DNA from: Octopus vulgaris
Taxonomy: Eukaryota
Assembly (NCBI GenBank): GCA_951406725.2
Contig: OX597830.1
Coordinates: 76,074,001-76,138,000, forward strand
DNA length: 64,000 nt
Direction of reading: 5' to 3'
Below are positions 56,197 to 64,000 of the stretch, in pieces. The notes below the pieces were generated by a model that made no database searches, was not told the origin of the DNA, and was given only the letters and a program-made list of their open reading frames with translations. The position numbers and the translations under genes were made by a program. Numbering within the stretch: position 1 is the stretch's first letter; each line of letters starts with the position of its first letter.

Positions 56197-57044
56197 TGCG
56201 TGCGTGTGTGTGTGTGTGTATGCCTGTGCGTATGTGTATCTGTGTGCGCGTGTGTATGTGTGCCTATTTTATTATTAATAATCGGCAGAAGTTCCAGAGT
56301 AACTCAAAATCTCAGTTTCATAGCAACTCTCGGTCTTTGAGTTACTCAGTAATATCTGTTGATTACTATTAATTAATAATGATAATAATCCTTTTTACTA
56401 TAGACACAACTGAAATTTTGGAGACTGACCAGTCAAATACATCGAAGCCAGTACTGTACTGTAATTGTATTTATGTCTTCAACTCTGCAAGTGAAATCTG
56501 AAATCGACTTCGCAGGATTTAAACTCAGAACCTAAGAAGCCGAAAAATGTTGCTCAGTATGTGCCCTGATACAGTACCAGGCACTGGTTCTCGTGGTTTC
56601 TGATGGGCTACAGCAAATATTCTGCAAACATTCTGCTCAAAGACGGGTAGTCATGACGACGAGCAGTCATGATGGGTATACTGGGCTTCGTTTATTTTAC
56701 CCCAGTATCACTTAGATGGCATGCACTGCTCTCTCACCCGAGAAGAAGAAGAAGAAGAAGAAGAAGAAGAAGACGGGGGAGGAGGAGGAGGAGGAGGAGG
56801 AGGAGAATTAGGGGGAAGAGTGGAGGAGGGGGAGAGGAGGAAGAAGATGAGGAGGAGAAGAAGGAGGAGGAGGAGGAGAAGAAGAAGAAGAAGAAGAAGA
56901 AGAAGAAGAAGAAGAAGAAGAAGAAGAAGAAGAAGAAGAAGGAGGAGGAGGAGGAGGAGGAGGAGGAGGAGGAGGAGGAGGAGAAGAAGAAGAAGAAATG
57001 AAACTATCATGAAAATTTATGGACTTATCATGGAGGCCTGTCAC

Positions 57045-57423
57045 TGAAAAAGTTTACTGTTGTGTTCTGGAGCTCCTATCAACGAATTTTGAGCGAGGAA
57101 TTGCGAATGAAAAGAGCTGCAGGAAAATTTGTGCTCTGCTTGCTCACGGAAGATCAAAAGCAGTAACGACTGAATGCGCGACGTGAAGTGAAATAACAGT
57201 TGAAACTCTTTTCGAAGGTCATCACTGATGACGAAAATTGGTGCTACGGAATTTGAAAATGTAGAAGAGTTCCAAAACTGCTTTGAACAGTGGAAAACGC
57301 GTCCGGACCGTTGCATTGTTTCAAATATTGAATACTTTGAAGGCAATAAAAGTGTAAGCATGTAAAACTAAGTAAATAAGATAATATTGCAAAATTCTGG
57401 TTTCTTTTGGGTAGCCCCTCGTA
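57045..57423 (+). mobile_element. internally deleted mariner transposon remnant with right TIR
   Basis: QRILSEELRMKRAAGKFV..LLTEDQK and KVITDDENWCYG, fused to FQNCFEQWKTR.DRCI....EYFEG. Ends TTTTGGGTAGCCCCTCG-TA. Confidence 0.8.
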
Positions 57424-57479
57424 CATGTTGCAACAAGAGAAGCGGCGATCTCAGAGTCAAGCACAATGCGGGATTTGGG

Positions 57480-57805
57480 TTTTGATGAGAGCAACAACGC
57501 CTCGTTTCATGTATATATCATCAAGAAAGTGGGAATGTGGAGGCGAACAGGAAAATTGATCCTGCAAGCTGTCATAATAATGATCCAGGAAACTAATACC
57601 AGTTCTATTGAGTACGTTTATCCTCAGTCGTTTGGACTACTGCTGTCAAAATATGGTCATTCTACTGTGCCAAATTAACAGTGGAATTTGTGGCAATTCA
57701 GCGGAGCTACACCAGGAAACTACATTAGGAAAAACGGCCGAGCTACTGGGAGAGATTAAAAGTGTTATGACTTTAATCCAAAGAGCGAAGGCAGGAGAAA
57801 TAGCT
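57480..57805 (+). pseudogene. old CR1-group LINE fragment
   Basis: STFILSRLDYCCQ, IQRSYTRK and SYWERLKVL*L*SKERRQE parallel the post-RT region of the 43-kb LINE. Confidence 0.65.
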
Positions 57806-58309
57806 TGGGGCTCGAAGTGTGAAATAGCTTGGGGTTCAAAGCACACCGCTATCATTGAGTTCTCTTAGGTGACTATTCGGAGGTCAAAAGTTTCACTATG
57901 ATACACGCTTACATCGTTTTGCTCAAGATTCTAGATGATATCGTAGATGTCCATATCATACCATAGATAGATATATCCCATGATATGCTCTAACTTAGGA
58001 TACGATGAAATATCATCATTTGGAGCCAGATAGCAATTCCTGTAACGTAATATGCGTGCGTGTGAGTGTACAGCATGCACACAACAAAATATACAAACAT
58101 GTATATATATATATGGGTGTGTATATATATATATATATATATATACATATACATATGTACACATATATGTATGTATGCATATATATATATCTGTATCTAT
58201 ATATATATATATGTATATGTATGTATGTATGTATTTACATACGGTGGTTCTCTACTCCTTATGTAGGGTTTGACAACCTCCTGTACTTACACCTTACAAC
58301 TATCATGGC

Positions 58310-58610
58310 GTCTGATGTGGCTTTTTAAATCAGACAATGTTTGAAAAGTCACCCACATAGACTGCATATCCAATTTGGCTGCAGATAAGTTATGATCTTT
58401 GTGGATCTTAAAATGTCTTTTGAGGACTTCGTTAGATTCGCAAAACTTCTGACATACATTGCATTGAAGGTGTGCACAGACATATAGGCAGAATATTTGG
58501 CGGAGATTCGTTTTCCATGGGTTTCTCAGATGAGATTTGGGCCCAGCCAGAGTAGGCAAGGTCTGTCATAAACTGTGCACACAAAAATGTCATTGTGATT
58601 CACCTTCTCG
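58310..58610 (-). pseudogene. degenerate C2H2-like fingers, probably an RTE-type LINE C-terminus
   Basis: TLAGPKSHLR and CNVCQKFCESNEVLKRHFKIH, with stops upstream, no TGEKP linkers and microsatellite flanks. Confidence 0.4.
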
Positions 58611-58620
58611 ATCGTATGTG

Positions 58621-58652
<32 letters not shown>

Positions 58653-58782
58653 CTTATAATTAAGGGCTAAAGAAGGTTATTCTATAGCCAATACACTGAT
58701 TTATCCACTTATAATCCACTTGTTACAGGAAAATTGAACTGAAAGCGGGAAACTAACCTTTAGAAAATTTAAATTTCGTTAT

Positions 58783-58843
58783 CTCTATATTGAATCAATT
58801 TCGGAATTAATCCCTATAAAGGATATATTCTTCTTCAGTAGAG
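58783..58843 (-). ncRNA. hammerhead motif, left arm of fold-back 3
   Basis: Mirror of 58959-59019 with an identical core. Confidence 0.7.
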
Positions 58844-58958
58844 CTTACGAGGGAACATAAATAAAATACTCACATGATGTACTTAAATGTAGTTGTGTTT
58901 TTAGCTTCTGCTTTTTCCATAATCGCATGTGAGTATTTTATTTATGTTCCCTCGTAAG

Positions 58959-59019
58959 CTCTACTGAAGAAGAATATATCATTTATAGGGATTAATTCCG
59001 AAATTGATTCAATATAGAG
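58959..59019 (+). ncRNA. hammerhead motif, right arm of fold-back 3
   Basis: CTCTA-CTGAAGA-AGAAT..ATTCC-GAA-ATTGA-T-TCAAT-A-TAGAG: 5-bp stem I, canonical core, near-palindromic stem III, AUA triplet. Confidence 0.72.
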
Positions 59020-59251
59020 ATAACTAAATTTAAATTTTGTAAAGGTTAGTTGCCCGCTTTCAGTTCAATTTCCCTGTAACAAGTGGATTATAAATGGATA
59101 AATCAGTGTATTGGCTATAGAATAACCTTCTTTAGCTCTTAATTATAAGATGTTTATACTTCAACCGTAAAGGTTTTTTTTAATATACTGCCACGCTTTT
59201 TGATGGAATCCTTTTCTGTAGAGAAAGGGACTTCATCCTATATTGTTAGTA

Positions 59252-59283
<32 letters not shown>

Positions 59284-59826
59284 GTACATAGTACGTAGAT
59301 ATATATACATTTGTCCGTGCGTGTATGTGCGTGTTAATCTTAATTTATGCATGCTGATTCAAATGCTTAAATTTGCACAAACTATGATTATGAGCGCATG
59401 AGTGTCCAGGAATTGAAACCACAACACCCTCACGACTTGGACATGCATTTCAACTCTATACTAGAAAAATAATCCTGCGCGCGCACACACACACATACAA
59501 GTATGAAAAACGATGGATAGATAGATAGATAGATGGATGGATGGATAGATGGATGGATGGATAGATGGTTGGTGTGGAGAATGGAGAGAGAACTGTCCGC
59601 TGGTTTCGTAAATGAGGACTCAGTTGTTGGTAAAACTGAATTACGTACTTATTGTATTCGCGTCTAAATGGCTTAGTATTCCACGGTGATATTTACCATT
59701 AGCGTACTCCACCCGCCATGGTAAATAACTGTGGAATATTCATTGACAAGTTCATACCTGTAAATTTCAGGAAGAATCCATTCGACAGGCTTGTATACAG
59801 TATACAGGCTTCCTGACAGAAACTCG

Positions 59827-59940
<114 letters not shown>

Positions 59941-60166
59941 GAAGCCCGTCGTATATATATATATGTATATAGACGATAAAATAAGGACCAAGCTAAAAAA
60001 AAGTAGTTTGTTCATTCGACTAAAAATTCAAGACATTGCGGTGCCCCTTTATGGCCGCAGACTAATGACTGAAGCAGATAAAAGATAAACAATAAAAGAA
60101 ATATATATATACATATACCAATATGTATATATATATGTATATATGTATGTATATATGCATGTATAC

Positions 60167-60239
<73 letters not shown>

Positions 60240-60305
60240 CAATATTTACACACATATACACATATACACGCATATATATACATACATACACACATACACG
60301 CATAC

Positions 60306-60352
<47 letters not shown>

Positions 60353-60513
60353 AATTCCTCTATTTACATAATATCGGGTTCTCATTCATTCTTTTGTTGT
60401 CATTTTTTTATTATTAATATATTAATATATATACATGTATATTTATATGTGCGTATGTATGTATGTGTGTATATATTTACACATATATATATATATGCGT
60501 GCGTGTATATATA

Positions 60514-60553
<40 letters not shown>

Positions 60554-61137
60554 AGTGTCTAACACACACATACAGAAACCATTCCTTCTTTTTCCGGTCG
60601 TTAAACAAACTTGTAGTGTCACTCAAGTCAAAAAATACTGGGATATTAAAATTCTGTCAAACACACAGAAACTCCAAAGAAAGAAAAAAACACACCGCAA
60701 AACCATTCTTTTTGTGCCAACCAACACTTGGCATTCGAGATTAATTCTATTTCGGAAAAAAAAAAAGAAAAAAGAAAGGTAAAAGAAAAAGAGAAACGAT
60801 CAAAACATCAAATCATCCCCTAAAAACATTTTTGGAAAACATGGATCATAGTCTTTTTTTTTTTTGCCTCAACGTATTCATATATTTATTTAGGTATTGT
60901 TTTAAATTGTCCAGTGATTCGAAGAGTCACAACAACACTCGAAGTAGAAACTTTTATGTGTAGACTAAACAGTTGGTGTTGTTGTTATTGTTGTCGACGT
61001 CGCTGTCATTGGTGTCATCGTTACTTGTGTTAGTCCCTGATGCATTGGACCAATAACAAAAAAAAAAAAAAAGGAAAAAGGTAAAAGGAAAAAGAAAACA
61101 ATTCTTGCTGACCATTTCGCTTATCAACGGTGAATTG

Positions 61138-62078
61138 AAGGCACCGAGCTAGTAGAATCGTTAGCATGCCGGACAAAAATCTAGGCGACAATTTGTCCGT
61201 CTTTACGTTCTGAATCTAAATGTCACGAGAGCATGAAAGGCTCGATAAAATAAGTATCAGTTGAGCACTGGTTGTCCATGTAATCGACTCACCCTCACCT
61301 CTGAGCCCCGAAATTGCTGGCCTTGTACCAAAATTTGAACCCATTATCGTGTACCCTAATTGGAAACCGTAATGTGATTAAGCTATAAGAAACGTTTGCG
61401 CTCAGAACAAAGTGCTTCACGATATTTGTTCTGGTTTTACGTTCTGAGTTCAAATTCCGCTGCAGTCGACTTTGCCTTTCTTCTTTTTCATCATCGATAA
61501 AATAAGTACCAGTTTCGCACTGGGGTCGCTGTAATCAACTAGCCCTCTTCCCTTCAAATTTCAGGACCTGTGCCCATACTAGAAAGGATCATTACTATTC
61601 AGAAGAGGCAGCGGGCTGGCAGAATCGCTGGTACGCCGGGCAAGTGCTTAGCGGTATCTCGTCCGTCTTTATATTTTGAGGTCGACTTTGCATTTCATCC
61701 TCTCGGAGTCGATGAAATAAGTATCAAGTGAGTACTGGGGTCGCTGTAATCGACAATCCTTCTCCCTCAAATTTCAGGCGTTGCGCCTGTAGTAGAAAGA
61801 TTTATTATTATTAAGAGGAAGCGGCCAGCTGGTAGAATCGCTAGCACACCGGGAGAAGTACTTCGTCTGTCGCTACGTTCTGAGTTCGAATTCCGCTGAG
61901 ATTGACTTTGCCTTTCATCCTTTCGGGGTCGATTACATAAGTACCAGTTACGCACTGGGGTCGATGTAATCGACTTAACCCCTCGCCGCAAATTTCTGGC
62001 CTTGTGCCTATAATAGAAAGGATTATTAAGAGGAAGTGGCCAGCTGGCAGAATAGTTTGCTCATCGGGCAAAATATTT
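61138..62078 (+). mobile_element. head-to-tail array of about four SINE family A copies plus a final head
   Basis: Heads at ~61140, 61607, 61820 and 62035, with short tails AAATTTC.GG..TTG.GCC..TA.TAGAAAG. Confidence 0.85.
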
Positions 62079-62082
62079 ACGG

Positions 62083-62140
<58 letters not shown>

Positions 62141-62289
62141 TATACTAATTTGTTTTGAAGTTTGTGTTCCGTTGTATTAAATAAACTCATCCACCTGCAA
62201 TGGAGAATGAATCAGACAGAAAGCAACGGTTAGCCAGAGAGAGAGAGAGAGACAAAGAGAGAGACAGCCAGTCTCACTCAGGAAGTCCC

Positions 62290-63122
62290 ACTCAGGAAGA
62301 TTAAATAATACATTGGTTATTAAATCAATCATAAGAAGTGAGACAAGAGAGTTGCGTGCAAGACGCAAGAAGACAGGCTCGAAGACGTCAAAATGAAAAA
62401 GAGCATCTAATTGCACAAAGGAGAGATATTCAAAGAGAGAGAGAGAGTATTTCTTTATTCACCATAAGGTTGAGAAAAAGAGGGGACAAAACAAACGTTG
62501 GGGTCAGGGTATCGAATGAGACGAAACATATGAATAAACAAACAATTAAAATGTATAGAATTAAATGAGAATGAGTGAATAACAAAAAATGAAGCGGAGG
62601 ACGCGGTTGACCCCACAAACCACATACTCACACTGAAGACTTTGCTTTCTCCTTTTTTACATTCCCGATTAAACAGGTTCTTTCACTCGCAACATACTTG
62701 CTATAGACTTCCATCTTTTACGAAACACACTTTGCGACAGGCATTTCTTCTCCAGCCTTATTTTCCGTTTCATGTGGAAAACGAAGAGAGAGAGAGAGAG
62801 AGAGAGTAGTATAAAAGAGTAAGCAGCAGTGAGAAGAGAATATCTGAGAACGAGAGCATTGCAAAGGCGACAAGATGAAATGGAAGATGAAGCAGCACAA
62901 AGGAAAGGAATCGAAAGAGAGAGAACATCGAGAAGAATCAAAGAAGAATTAATTAATACTGAAACGGACCATCTAAAACAAGGCGAATTCATTGCTGGTA
63001 GAGTTTTCACTAGAAGCGTGGTGCTGAAGCAATTACTGAGATAAAAATTATAATGTTTTTATTTGAATTTTATTATCCGTATCATTTTCATGCCGTCATT
63101 TCTGACGGCACGGGTATACTAG
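62290..63122 (+). mobile_element. probable Helitron remnant (5' boundary uncertain)
   Basis: 3' signature TGCCGTCA-TTTC-TGACGGCA hairpin, 8 nt, CTAG, then T. Upstream are two similar charged peptides (RRQNEKEHLIAQRRDIQRER, RRQDEMEDEAAQRKGIERER). Confidence 0.55.
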
Positions 63123-63139
63123 TAAATACCAATATTGGT

Positions 63140-63960
63140 TTCAAACTTTAGCACAAGGCCAGTAATTTCGAGTGTGGGGAGGGTTCAGTAGATTACAACA
63201 TCTCCAGTGATCAACTGGTACTTATTTTATCGACCCCGAAATGATGGAAGGCAAAGTCAACGTCGGCTGAATTTTAACTCAGAATGTAAAAGCCGATGAA
63301 GTGCTGCGAAGCATTTTCTCCGGCATGCTAATGATTCTGCTAGAACGCAGCTTTTTGTACAAATGAGGATTTCAAATATCTGCCCAATGCCGTAGGCGTA
63401 GGAGTAGCTTGCTTGCGAACTACATGGTTCCGGGTTCAGTCCCACTGCGTGGCACCTTGGGCAAGTGTCTTCTACTATAGCCTCGGGCCGACCAAAGCCT
63501 TGTGAGTAGATGTGGTAGACGGAAACTGAAAGAAACCCATTGTATATATGTATATATGTATAAATATGTATGTGTGTGTATATGTTTGTGTGTCTGTGTT
63601 TGTTTCCACCAACATCGCTTGACAACCGATGCTTGTGTATTTACGTCCCCGTAACTTAGCGGTTCGGTAAAAGAGACCGATAGAATAAGTACTGAGCTTA
63701 CAAAAAATAAGTTATGGGGTCGAGTTGCTCGATTAGAGGCGGTGCTCCAGCATGGCCACAGTCAAATGACTGAAACAAGTAAAAGAGTAAAAGAATGCCA
63801 GCAATTTTGGGGGAAGAGATAAGTCGATTACTTGTTTTATCGACCTCCGAAAGGATAAAAGGCAAAGTCGACGCCGGTGGAATTTGAACTCAGAACGTAA
63901 AGATGGACGAAACGCTGCAAAGCAGTTTGTCCGGCATGCTAGCGATTCTGCCACGTTGCA
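63140..63960. mobile_element. SINE cluster: family A minus (63140-63350), family B plus (63393-63795), family A minus (63796-63960)
   Basis: Family-diagnostic motifs as in the copies above. Confidence 0.85.
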
Positions 63961-64000
63961 GCTTTGTTTTGTATGAATAATGATATTATGAAGTGGAGAG

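Larger units (their letters stand above)
58653..59149. mobile_element. fold-back element 3 with a hammerhead in each arm
   Basis: 224-bp arms 58653-58876 and 58926-59149, colinear with about seven substitutions by eye, 49-nt spacer. (TA)n on the left, ~100 nt extension then (TA)n on the right. Confidence 0.92.

Noticed and set aside
58287-58559. Host C2H2 zinc-finger gene exon
   Set aside because: There is one plausible finger plus one broken finger, no TGEKP linkers and nearby stops. A LINE relic fits better.
61138-62078. CRISPR-like or satellite array
   Set aside because: The units are diverged SINE copies of ~200 nt, not short constant repeats with spacers, and the context is eukaryotic.

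Overview
This is AT-rich, repeat-saturated animal genomic DNA with no supportable host exon. The SINE repertoire resembles octopus or another coleoid cephalopod (inference from memory, not a search). Nearly all ORFs in the track are translations of (TA)n, (TG)n, (TCTA)n or trinucleotide arrays. The real coding remnants all come from mobile elements: a 5'-truncated CR1-group LINE with an RT domain (43.2-45.4 kb, minus), a 5'-truncated Penelope-like element (PLE) with RT thumb, Cys linker and GIY-YIG nuclease (27.4-29.1 kb, minus), two R4/Dong-type fragments, RTE and CR1 fragments, an internally deleted mariner, two Helentron/HINE-like elements and a probable Helitron remnant. At least four tRNA-headed SINE families are present in many copies. 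The most interesting signal is a set of PLE-type minimal hammerhead ribozyme motifs at seven or more loci from apparently different families. Three of these loci are stand-alone 370-500 bp fold-back elements (6.4, 54.6 and 58.7 kb) sitting in (TA)n tracts, with an outward-facing hammerhead in each arm. In the 54.6 kb palindrome the only arm difference I found is deletion of the catalytic GAA, and the PLE's own ribozyme has a compensated U3:A8 core. A SINE-LINE shared 3' tail with a covarying hairpin is also visible. All alignments and folds were done by eye.
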